NCBI GenBank assembly: GCA_030141605.1
Contig: JAQGDQ010000025.1
Span: 354,907 to 418,906 of the forward strand
Direction of reading: 5' to 3'
DNA: 64,000 nucleotides
Origin: Tubiluchus corallicola
Lineage: Eukaryota > Animalia > Priapulida
Shown: piece after piece, positions 11,168 through 24,399 of the stretch
Layout of the letters: the number at the start of each line of letters is the position of its first letter
Numbering within the stretch: position 1 is the stretch's first letter
Position numbers and translations under genes: made by a program
Notes under the pieces: model-generated
Seen by the model: the letters and a program-made list of their open reading frames with translations, nothing else
The model's database searches: none
Told to the model about the DNA's origin: nothing

Positions 11168-14100
11168 GTAAGTACAGAATATTTTAACACTTAATGCTTT
11201 ATTTATTACATCTTTAACATTTTCAATTATACATCCCTTAATTTAGTAAATGTAACGCTATAGTAAACATTTTGAATCATCCCATTTTAAAAACATTGTC
11301 ATAATTCTAAAAACTATATCTGGCAACCCGTTTTTTCCTCATTCTGCGCTGATAGTGAAAATTTCAAAAATGGTAGGGCTATATTAGTTTATTTGTTCAC
11401 TCACATTAGCTTATTCAGATTGTATCTTAAAGTTAAAATTGCTTAAAGTCGTCAGGAATATTTATTTCTTTTTTTCTTTCAAAATTTCTATGGTTACTGT
11501 AATATTATGTTAAACATGCTGTAACCCTGTTGTATGTTGAGACAGGTTATTACAAATAAACCTATATTTAAAAACTTAAAAACAAGAACTTTGGTGACAT
11601 TTGACCAAAATGCAAACAGTTTTGTGGTTATTGCTTGTAGAATTCCATACAGCTTTTGTTTGTTGTTTTTCAGTTTGCTGTGTGGCTTTTTAATATCAAT
11701 GTTTTTTCACAGTCTGGTTTTTATTCATTTAAACGTACTGCAGTTGTGATGTACCAACTCTAAAATTATACCTGTGCTGCAGAAAATTTAAAACAGGACG
11801 TTTTGTGCTTTTATGTTTTATGTAACTTGTGTTTAAAACCTGGACAGAATATAAACCTTTTGTCATTGTTTCGTCTGCGGCGTCTGAAAAGGAGAAAATA
11901 GAATTAAAAGACGCTGGATTTTAGTTTCCTAAATTTAGGTTTATTGTTTGAACAAAATTCATTTAAATTTTTCAAAAACAATTAATTCTAAAAACTTGCT
12001 GTTTAATCAATTTAATTCAATTAGCTGCACAAGTTTATAGGCTTACAATATATTCGTATGCAGGGTATAAATAGTCGATTGGGTTTACAATAAAGGGCAG
12101 TCAAAGTAAAGAAGCACTTTCCTTGGTTTTCTGCATGTGTGCAATGTGGCAAACAAAAAGTTTACAATGTTTTCGAACTTACAGCAGTATAGTAGTTAGT
12201 GTAATAGCGTCAGTTCACTGTACAACTTGCGTGTTGCACTTATTTAGAATTTAAATCTAGAGTCTTCTGTCGTGTGTGGCTTAAGTTGAAAATTTTTGTC
12301 CAGTACTAACGCTGTAATTATACAAACCCTAATTATTGTACTCTAATTAGTTAGTTAACAAATAACGCTAATTACTTAAAATTAGAATTCAGATTTTAGT
12401 TTATACAAATGGTTGCCTATTTATTATAGATGCACGTGTAGGCATATAGATGTAGGCCTATAATCTGTCCGTGGAGGAACTGCATTGCATACATAAAGTT
12501 TAAAATGTTATCAGCTATTAGGATTATTTCTGGTGGCATTTTCGCAAAACTATCTCTAACATACGCATAAAATTAAGTTAATACGAAAATTAAAATTATT
12601 AATTAGCTTAACTTTGTTAAAACGTATAGAAAAACAACTGAATTTCTACGCATAAAGAAAATTTGTTGATTGATAATAAATTATAGCGGGCACAACATGA
12701 ACAGACGTTGAACTAAATTTATACTTCTGGGAAACAAAGTTTTAAAGTATGTAATATAGAAAACAAAATAATTGTACTCTCTAAGCCCTTTGTATGTTCA
12801 TATCATTACAGTATTTTCAATACAAAAATGACGCTAACTGTAACTGATTAAACCATTGAGTAAAAACAGTACTTTAAAAGACAGATTTGTACATTATACG
12901 TCTGTTATGGTTATACAACAACCAAACCGGTAAAAGTAGCTTTTAAATTATTTAGAGCTAGACCTAATTATAACAAATAGCCTTACATAGGCTAACTGAG
13001 CATCATGCATGTCGTAAATAGGTATAATTATTTATATACTTATATTTGTATACTGATAATTTAACAAATACTTGATGTGCTAAGTTTGTATGCATAGGTG
13101 AGTGAATGTACGGTATAAGCCGTGCAATGGGAAAAAACTATATGCCCCAGGTATACTACATTCCTATAAGGGCCTAATAATATAATTATATAGTTGACAA
13201 TTTACTGACTACACGCTCCCTATTGTTTTTGATGCGATTCTGGTTAGGCTACCTAACCGACGAGTGCTGTTTTCATAGTATAGAATGAATCTCGGCTTAC
13301 AACTGGCTTCAATTTTGAAATTTAACTAGCTCACAGTTGCAACGCACGCGGATGTTCGACTACATTTGCTTGTTTCATAGTTAAACTAGACAGTACTGCT
13401 TGGTATTTCTAAAAGTTTCTTTCTCTTTATCGTACGAATCTCCTAGGCAAGACATTTGTAAGTCTATGGATTATATTAACGTATTGAAACAGAACTTCGT
13501 GGTATAGACCTGCGTCAGTGATCATAAATATCTTGTCCTGGTCCCATATATGATGTACTGTAAAGATGAAGTATTATCGTAAAAGTTAACCAAATTAAAC
13601 TGTCATAATTTCACAATATACGTAATTATGTAAAGTCAAATAATTAAACTATGTACAATTTATGCAATAGCAACAAAATTTAATGAAATTTATTTTCAAA
13701 AGGTCTTGCAAGATTATTCTAATTAAAATTTATCAACAAAACAAAACTTTGAAATGCCAATAAAAGAAAAAGATTAAGCAAAAATAATTTTTACAGTTAA
13801 AGTAAGTGCAGCAAGTATTATATTCGGATGCCTAACTAACTCCGCTGACGAACGGACAAAGTTTTAGTGGTTTAGTCAAAAGTGTGCTAAAGCATGAATG
13901 ATGGAAGTGCGCGCACGTGCGTTGTAACAATGAATGAATTGAATTTGAAAACTAAACGCTTTGTTTGTGTTCGTTCTATGCTCAATATTGCGTGTAAGCA
14001 GCAAGCGTTTAACAGCTTTATTACGCGAAAATCGTTCGCTTATTATATCTGACGATTCAGTGCCAGATGTGCCTTCATTGCCCTTCCAAATAAGGTAGAA

Positions 14101-14574
14101 ATGAATATTTACCTGTCCCCCACGGCACTGAGCGTTTACAAAGGTATAGGCCGGCATCAGCTTGTCTTGATAATGCCGCCTGATAAGAGTAAAACAGTTT
14201 TAGTTTCTCGTTAATGCCGTTCAACCGAAATTCTACATCCCGTGGTGGAGACTAAAAGTCCAAAGTTTATTAAGTGGTTGAGCTATGTATATCTAGAGTT
14301 ATATTGGTGGCAGTGCGTGAATTGACCTAAAACTTTGAAATATAGGCGTAAACATAGAAGAGTTTGTTAGTAAGATATCAGGGATTTTTTCCCGTATATT
14401 TTTCCTACTGGATTACTGAACAATTAAATGTATTAAATTGTACAATACTCATTTTTCACGCTGTCCTTTCATGCATGGAAAAAATTCATTGTTGCATTTA
14501 GTCATTTAGTCATTTTCCCTACTTGTGCACTCCCTCATTTTTTGGTTGATTTCTTCGTTTGCTAGTTCACTTAT

Positions 14575-14830
14575 CCATTGATTGATTGACTGATTGAATA
14601 ATTGATTGATGGATTCATTCATTCATCCATTCATTCATTCATTCATTCACTCATTCATTCATTCATTCGTTCGTTCGTTCGTTCGTTCGTTCGTTCGTTC
14701 GTTCATTCATTCATTCATTTATTCGTTCGTTCATTCGCTCTTTCGTTCATCCATTCGTGCGTTTATTCACTGCTTCATTCATTCATTCATTTATTCATTC
14801 TTTCTTTCTTTCATTCATTCATTCTTTCCT
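14575..14830. repeat. Compound (ATTG)/(ATTC)/(GTTC)n microsatellite in the Hmx intron
   Basis: Visible directly. Confidence 0.93.
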
Positions 14831-15087
14831 TCGTCGGTTAAGTGTACAAAATTTTACTGATGAAAGAAGTTCATGATAGAATTCCATGATTACAGATACA
14901 TGAAATTATGTCTGACTGAATAAATGAAAGACTGAACGAAAGAATTCATAAATGAAAGAACAGTTTGACGAATTAAATTTACTTTTGCGAAATTTGATAA
15001 ATTTGTCCAGCAATTGATGGAAGTTTCCGGATGCCAATTAGATTGATAAAAATTGCAATGCAATTATTTAACAATACATGTATATTC

Positions 15088-15150
15088 AAACTTCAAGTTA
15101 GTCTAGTCAGTACATTGGATGGATGACCACCTACAAAGCTGGAAACTGTT
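15088..15150 (+). mobile_element. 5S rRNA-like fragment (SINE relic)
   Basis: GTCAGTACATTGGATGGATGACCACCT resembles the 5S internal control region GTTAGTACTTGGATGGGAGACCGCCT. Confidence 0.5.
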
Positions 15151-18100
15151 TCACGTTTAGATGTGTGACAAAAACGCAACAAAATCCTTTTTAAATAAGT
15201 TCCTCTTAAGTTCCTTTAAGTAATGACGCTCGTTACTACAATTTTGTTTTCACAACAATTGTACAAAATATTCCAAAATTATTAGCTTTTGTTATTATTA
15301 CCTTTTGTTGTCGCAGAATCAATAAAATACGCGCACTATTTTATTTGCTAAAAATTCTTAAACTAGAAACTTCGAACTTTCTTCTGCTTGTCTTCATTCG
15401 CTTATTTGCTTTGGGTGAAAAGTTTCATGCCCAGTTTCCATGACGTGACAGTTTTAAAAACTTAAAATGAATTAAAATTAGGATGTTTGTGAACGGCTTA
15501 CATGCATATATTGACAGTTTGCTTGCATTCCTACGCACTCTACACGCTTTCTACATATGTAATAACAACTGAAATTAAATGAAATTATATTTAGCTAAAG
15601 TCTGGCACAATGATTAATGAAAATATTGACCAATAAACCTATTATGTTTTTCGACAAAGTTAAAACAAAAATGAATCGTTGTATATGGAAGCAAAAGCCG
15701 AATAAAAGCGAAGCAAAATTTACAGTTAAAACAGCCTCTGCAGCCTAGAGATGTGAATTCCATGCGTGGTCTCTCAACAGGCAGGAAGAAAGCTAGTTCC
15801 CCCATCAGAAGGCCTGAGACGAGGTGAGAAGGAAAAATTATAAAAGAAAATATAAGAAAACGCAGAAATCCCATTCTTGGCACTTAAAACAAGAAAAATA
15901 GTAACTTTCTGTAATCGGTGTTTATTCACTACATAGCGCTAAATTAAATATAGTAAACACAAAATTGAATTGAATCACTGTAACACGAAACAAGCAAACT
16001 AGTAATGAGCCTTTTACTCATTTATATCCTTATTATAAATCATCATTGAAAAATAATTATCATTTCTCAAAAATAGCGTATATTTTACCTTATTGTAACA
16101 CCATCGTCTGTTACTGAATTTTGTCGTTGGTAAATTTATGCACCAAATTTGCGAATTAATGAGCTGTTAAAAAAGACCAAGACGAGATTTATTTACTGTC
16201 GCTCATTTAACAGACAACATTAGCAGTAACGGCTACTTAACAGTCGGCATTGCTACTCAATATTGTACATTTTCAGCCCCGAGAAACTATGTGGACTACT
16301 GTTGTAGTCTGTAAATGCTGTATGCGAATTCCCCCGAAATATGCATTAAGGATGGGATTTCGACATAACAGCTCTGCTTGTAATCTTTACGTCGATTTTT
16401 TCATAAATTATCCTACTAATATACGGTCATATTAGTACATTCTACATTTTTACATTCTAGTTACAGATAGTCTACATTCAATTACAGAATATAACGTAGG
16501 CCAATTAGCGTGAGCCTGTGTATAGCATGAATACACTATGGTTACACATTAAATCGGATAAATTGCAGCCGTTCTTTAGGTACTATAAGAGAAATTGTTA
16601 TTAATTTTCAGTGTTTTAAAAAGTCCTTGTGCACAAAATAATGAATTCATAAAAGGTGGACAAATCTCTTATTTATTAATTTTCATTCTGCTTTTGGATT
16701 TGAAACTTTAGGCTATTTTCCATTTTGTGTGTTCTCAATTTGTCAATGTAGAGTTGTTTGTACAATACAAGTTAGAAACCGTGGTTTTAGTGATTAATAT
16801 TCATTCATTGTCCAGGCTAAACCAAACTCAACGTCTTAATCGTAAGAAACTCGTATACCGAGTAGTCTTAAGAAGCTGTGTACAGCAATTGACGCATTCC
16901 TCATCAGGAAACACTGAAGAGAAACTTTCTTAAACACGCCTTTCCATTCACATAAACCTGTTTCTTCGAAATAATTCATATAAAGAAGATGACCCATATC
17001 ATTATTTTAAGAATGCAGCAAAACTTGCCCACAACTCTGCAGTATGTAATTAAACTAATCGTTATTAAGTGTTCACACGTTTTTAGGAGAAAATTGTTTC
17101 TATTATGAACTAAACAGTACCACTTCTCACCTGCTTGATTGTAAATCAACCTGATTATTATTTGACAATAAATACGTTTGAGAGATAACAAATACATTAC
17201 TGTAATGCAGGCTGTTTTTTCCTTTTGCGTACAAACCTTCGAGGGCTACTAAACATGTAACAGCTACAAGTACGTGATTCAGAAAAATGTTTTGCATTTT
17301 GTGTTGTCTTTATACAGTCCTGTACACTGCACGCCGTTTAAAAGAAAACCAGACGATTGCGTAAACATTCGTTCAGAATAAGGAATGCTCTAAAATATTG
17401 AAAACTACAAAAGTTTTTTTTAACCAAAGCTTAAATTGAATAATAATTAACTCGGATACTCAAATTTCGTTAAACTTTCAAAGTTTAAGTGATTCTACTA
17501 AGATTGGCAACGGCGCTTTTTTGCGAAAGGTGCGTGGCCGACAAATAGAAGGCGGCACCGTGCTGTGCTAGTTTCTGACATCATATGACATAGAATCCAT
17601 TTTCGTGACATCACGCGTTTAAGTAGTAATGTAAAACTTGCGAAAACGTGCTTGACGTGCAAGAGAAGATGCCTGTTAATGCACAAACTGTGGTTAGTTT
17701 CTGACGTAAGCAATAGCTGTGTTCGGTTGCCGTTAATTAACTTTCTAAGCTAATTATTCAAATATAAGGAACAATTGTTAACTTTTATAGGCAAGAAAAT
17801 GTATATTTTGGACAGTAAATTAAAATGAGATCGGAACAATCATCCGATTTTCCTTTAAAGGCGAAGAAAAGGGAATTTTGATCTATGTGCCATAGAATTT
17901 TCCGCTCATAGTATATTACTTAATATTACGCTGACTTATTTGAAAGACTTATGTAATTGGAACAGAAAATTCTTAATAACTTAAAATATTAAGGCTACGT
18001 GGTAAAAAGGTATTCCACCATTCCAGTGTGCACCACTGATTTACCGAAAAACACATAATTGATCTATTGACACTATAAAGTAATTTAAACCTTTGCTTAG

Positions 18101-18939
18101 TTATCGAAGAGTGCGTTGCGAACGCTCTGATTACTTTTTCAAACATTACACATTGTTATCTAAGCGAGTTTTTAAAGACTTTCCGTTAAAATACCTGCGC
18201 CTAACGATCATCGCAGGAGTTTAAATTTGCAAGTTTTATACAGCGTTACTGCTAACGCAAGCCTGTATGCAATAAGACAGCGTATGAGTGGTATGAAATT
18301 TCAAGACAAATTTTTAGCTTTATTCATGAAGAGTGTTTTCTTGTGCTTTGTCAATGTTGATGGATGTGACAGGAGCCTGTCTTGTTGCTAATCCTCTAAT
18401 CGAGATGCTGAATCGGCGGAGAGGTATTTTTGCTCCATCTCTGCTGATGTATGAGCAGCCTCTTTATTTACTCACCCATTAACTTACCACATAAGTCAGC
18501 GTTGCTTGAGTTTGTACAGCCAAGCATATACCGTATGTACTTAGTTAAACCCCTTGCTCTTTCTATATAGTATTCAGGTAACGCCATGCTAGCGAGGCTT
18601 TTTTATATTTCGATATTTTGCCTATATATATATATATTCACGTTTTAACAGTTCAGAAGCTCTCCCTGATCTACCTTATTCTTTCACTGTAATTCATTTA
18701 GTCGAAAATCACGCGAGGAGCAAACAGAAATTAAATGAACACAGAAAAAACAAAATAATGAACTAATACTAACTAACACATAATGCCTTAAAATTAATTA
18801 ATACCCTTTAGTGAGGGGAAGAGAGTGTCGTGTGGCTGGGGCTTCCCTGAGTTCTTGCTCCTGCGGGAAATACTTGTAATGGGCGACAGGAATAAAAATG
18901 ACTAATAATTGCGTTAATAACGGTAACATCCTTAGCAGT

Positions 18940-19134
18940 GGCAATGATAATGATGGTGGCGGTAGTGATGATGATGATGATGGTGATGATGATGACGATG
19001 ATGATAACAATAATGATGACGACGCCATTAATGATAACAGTGACGACAACGAAGACAGTGATAATGCTAATGACCATTAGCAGTGACAATAATGATGGTG
19101 TCGGCAGTGATGATGATGACGATGACGACGACAC

Positions 19135-19204
<70 letters not shown>

Positions 19205-19250
19205 AAAAATAATGATGACGACGACATTTATGATGCTAATGCTCATGATG
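18940..19250. repeat. (GAT)n trinucleotide repeat with degenerate flanks
   Basis: Pure GAT run at about 19136-19204, just upstream of the exon 2 acceptor; source of the poly-D, poly-M and poly-S ORFs. Confidence 0.95.
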
Positions 19251-19283
19251 TATAAATTATGGCAACACAGGTCATGTTAATAA

Positions 19284-19871
<588 letters not shown>

Positions 19872-21126
19872 AAAATCGTTAATAATATTATAAGAATAGA
19901 AACATAATATATCTGTAATTTTATAACCCCTGCAATAACTTCTGCCCATTTCGAATTTAATTGAGAGAAATCTTCTGAAGAATCTGTCAATACAAAAGTT
20001 GTGAAACAAAGTATTTTGCTTTTATCTCTATAATAAGACGTAAACCTCATTACTGTCGTTAGTGCTCGGACTACAAGCTTACTGATTTTGTTTGATTTCT
20101 TTTTGGTTATGACCTTGATAGTAAAATGGGCCCATCACACTCTTAATTTCCTTGGTTAAACTCAACATTTGACTCGAGATGACGTTTCCTATCATTCAGT
20201 AACCTTTTTTTGCTGTGACTTGACAATTGGACCCTTATCGATGCAGAATTATATCTGAGCTAGCTTAGATTTTAAGAGTTTAAGAGATCTCACATTTAGA
20301 CATCAAATTGGTTGTTATTCTAGTTGTAAAACTATGTTTTAGATTTCACGTAAGTGTAAAGTGTTTGTAAATTATTTATTGTGCTTTTCCTTGGATTAGG
20401 TAGCTGTTGTGACAAATTATTGTAAGGTTTGCAAAATGGATTGCAGTGGTGTTCACGTATGAATGACTGCACGACACAAATAATACTAATTCTTGTTTCC
20501 AGATGATTCCGTGAAGATAAGGCTGTTATACTGGTAAGTTGTTCGTATAGTCAAGATCCAATAAAAATGTTTAAACATAAGTAATGTTGCCAAGTGAAAA
20601 CAAGTACAAATTGTACAATCTGGCAGAGTTATATTCATTGATTGTATTTAATATTTTTTCTTATACCGTTGTACTACTTCTTATTGTTCCTAAGCCTTTT
20701 ACTTTTTCTAGCTATATCTTTCATTAGAGGTGGTTTACTAAGTTATGCCGCTTTAAAAAATTGAGAATAATGCCTGTACAAAAAGTACTGTGTGCAAGGT
20801 TATTTTTTGTCATTCTTCATAAATTAAAATGTTATTTAGTATGCCTGACGAATTTTTGTATACTATAATTCTTTAATAATGCTCATCGCAATTTGATTTT
20901 CGGCAATTTGCTTTATAAAGCTGTTATTTAATAATCCAGTATAACATTTTGCTCCACATTTCTTGGTCAGCTTCGCTACAATAAGCTAAATGAAAGCATT
21001 TTCTGTGAATGTTTTTTGTGCTGTCTATTGTTACTAGTGTAAATAAGTGTGTAAATACTGAGTTTTAATTTTACGTTGTGATAGCTCTTAAATAATTGTA
21101 TTATACATAATATTAATTATTGTAAT

Positions 21127-21132
21127 AATAAA
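21127..21132 (+). terminator. Candidate distal poly(A) signal of Hmx
   Basis: AATAAA after a U/UG-rich 3'UTR-like tract; a proximal AATAAA lies at 20560. Confidence 0.4.
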
Positions 21133-23955
21133 GCTTAGATAATATGATATAATTCTACTTTATCATAATGTCTATTAGATTTCTTGTCATGAATATTACC
21201 TACACGACATATGTAGAACGACTGAAGGTACATAAGCCTAAAATCGGTACAACGCAACAAATTATTACTATTACCAGCTGTACTAAACTCCGTTTGTTCA
21301 AACGGGAATCTTTCTCTTAATCTGCAGCAGAAGATCAGCTCAAGGGTAGAAATGGGCATAGCAAATACGTTGCTCATTTTATTTATAAATACAATGCCTC
21401 CTTTGAAATGCAAACCAGAATTCAGAAGGTGAAAACGAACAACATAACCCATGCTATTGTTTATAAGCCGTAAGTGTGATACAAATACATTTTTTGTTAT
21501 AAATATTTAATTCAAAAACATAATATACAATTAATAATAACACAGTTACACAGATACAGAAATATGCTTACATACAAAGCACAAAATTTTTACCTAGCCC
21601 TCCGTTTGCAGGGCCGTACAAAACTGTACTTAACATACAAAACAGGGGTTAGTACTATGTTATAATTACAATGTTACAAAGTTTATTGATAACTCGGATT
21701 TATTAACTCGGGTATATTCGTAACTGTTTCTAATCTATATATTCTAGTTTCAGAAGGGAATCACGACGACTTAGTCGTTTACTAAACAGCAGAGTTCTGA
21801 CTTCGCTGATCTGATATTAAATTAATTCATTTTCAACATAAATTATATAAGAATTTATTTTCCACTATAAAAATACAATAAATTCACACAAAATACATTT
21901 CACATTAAATCTGTTCTAAGGTTTACTGGAGGCATGAACGACTTTGCATAACCCGAGTTAGCAAAATTGACTATAGCTAAATATTTACAGTGTCATTCGA
22001 AAATTTAAAACGGATCTAAATATTTTTTTTAAAATTTAAAATACAGAGCGTGATTCTGTAAATGCTTACCGTTTATTGCAAAATACTATAGTAACCAATG
22101 TAGTAATCATCCATTTACACATTGGCCTCAGTTTAGTTTGAAGCTTCAAGTTATCAATCAGGAAAAGTCACCAACGTGTAGGGCTTATATGGAAAAAAAT
22201 GCTTACAAATAAACCATGATCACTGAATACCTTTGTTTATAATTTATGGCCCTATAACAGTTTTCTTTGTTACGTCCTTGCAAAGTATTGCATGATTAGT
22301 TCCGATGCATCACTGAAGCAGTTGCACAGAAATTTGTTAAAAGCAGCAATCCTGAGCAGGAAGGTGTAATTGTAGGCTGGTTTGAGTATCAAAGTTGAGA
22401 GATGAACGTTGAAATTGGTTTAAAAATGATTTTAAAAAATCCTACAGTTTTTACTTTCGTTATCGGTGAATTATATGGAAGTTTTTGTTTGTTCTACGAT
22501 TTAGAACGCTTCTTCAGACTAGTAGCTTTAAAATTAAAACACTATAATACTATTTGGTATTGCAAAAAGGTTAAACTGCAAAATTTAAAATTATGCATAT
22601 TATAGAGTTAAGAAGCACAAACAACACATTTTAATAAAATAAATTAAGACCAAGTGCGACTTTTGCAATACACAACATCTTAATGTACTTGAAGAATGTT
22701 GTTTGTTTAATTTACATACCATATAAATTATTGACATTTTTTGTCTACTTTATATTAATTAAAATGCAAAATATCCAAATTTAAACTCAAATATGGTTTA
22801 TTTCCGTGCGAAGACGTATAAACGATTACTAAGAATTAACTAGTTAAATAAATATGAGAAAGGATAGTTTAACTGTGTACTTTACTTGAAGTTACAATGT
22901 CTATTTATTATGAATGTGAAAAGAGAACTGTTGCTACTTTCTTTTTTTATCTGTCATTGTTTTGAGAAGTTTATTTTAACCAAAAAACGAATTTAAAACT
23001 TTTTGTTTATGGCTGGCCGTATGGAGTGGCCAAGACCGGAGGAAATGCTGCTCTCGGTCCGCCCCTAATTGGATAGGCGCGCGCGCGGCACGCAACCGCC
23101 CTATTTGCTAGTCAGCGGCCATCGCGGAGTTGAAAGCACTTACGCGACAAATTACTGCGACACTTTGAGCAAACAGGCGATGGCTGCGCATGTTAAGCGA
23201 TTTAGAAAGACAGCCGTAAAATATGTGAGTTTGTCGACAGTCTGAAAGCAAAGCGATATTGGCTATATTGTCGAGCAGTAAAATTTATGGTCGTGAAGCA
23301 CTTAAGCATCTAGAAAAGCGTGGACTTTATTTGTGTAAATATTTTCATCATTCTGTTAGGCATTTTGCTGAAAGTTCTCCCGAATAATAGTAATACCTTG
23401 TCACAATTTATTCGAAAAGGCATTAATGTGGTTTTAATACTTGCACGAGCAAAGTCCTGCTGTTGCTGCTGTCTCGGCGATGTTAATTCCATTTAGATGG
23501 GTTTGTCACATAGTGAAAAGCTATGCCAATGATGGCAATTCCATTGAAGTATTCTAGTTTAACAATAGTTTTGGTAGATGGCAGCACAAGTGCTATAAAC
23601 ATCTTTATGCCGCAACAATTTGTGCAATGTAAGTAATGTAATTTACAGACAAATAAAGACATATGAATCAGGATTAGTTTTTAAACTACAATGCAGAGTA
23701 AGATTGAAATGCATGCCATTTCACCGAATTTAACTGACACTATTAACATTTTTCTATCATGAACTTACATTGGCATTGCAAGGAAAATTAACTGACAGAC
23801 GCATTCTTCACTACAGGTTTAAAATTTCCACGTCGATTTTGGTGAAACTCAGAGCTATAAAAATCTGCCAAGCTGTATTGAATCTTTTGCCAGGAATGAT
23901 TTGCCAAATATACAGGCAGATATTATGTGTAGTGGATGGTTTGTGTTATTTTGAT

Positions 23956-24019
<64 letters not shown>

Positions 24020-24148
24020 TCAAAGACGACGACAATAATAATAATAATAATAATAAATATAATAATAATAATAATATTAATAATTAGAAGAAGAAGAAGA
24101 AGAAGAACAAAAACAACAACAACAATAATAATAATAATAATAATAATA
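23956..24148. repeat. Compound (AAC)n/(AAT)n/(AGA)n microsatellite
   Basis: Visible directly; a (TA)n run follows at about 24353-24395. Confidence 0.95.
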
Positions 24149-24348
24149 GGCTGATTCCATCAAACTGCTTTCAATGGCTCATCTCAGAGGTAATCCTTGA
24201 TAGTGACCCAGGCTGCGGTCTCGTCACAAGCAATATATTAAGTTGAACTTGGACCTGGATTCAGGTTTGTGTGCCGAAGTATAAAAGTACCATTAAAGGA
24301 AACCGGACCCACTTCGCGTTCTGGTTTTCGCTGTTACATACAATATAT

Positions 24349-24399
<51 letters not shown>

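Noticed and set aside
11168-11187. Hmx exon 1 as a stand-alone 134-aa protein
   Set aside because: A strong GTAAGT donor splices in phase to the homeobox exon; the stop lies in the intron.
18798-19280. Poly-Asp, poly-Met and poly-Ser ORFs
   Set aside because: Artefacts of the intronic (GAT)n repeat; the + frame has a stop before exon 2.
23770-24154. Poly-Asn and poly-Thr ORFs
   Set aside because: Microsatellite translations.
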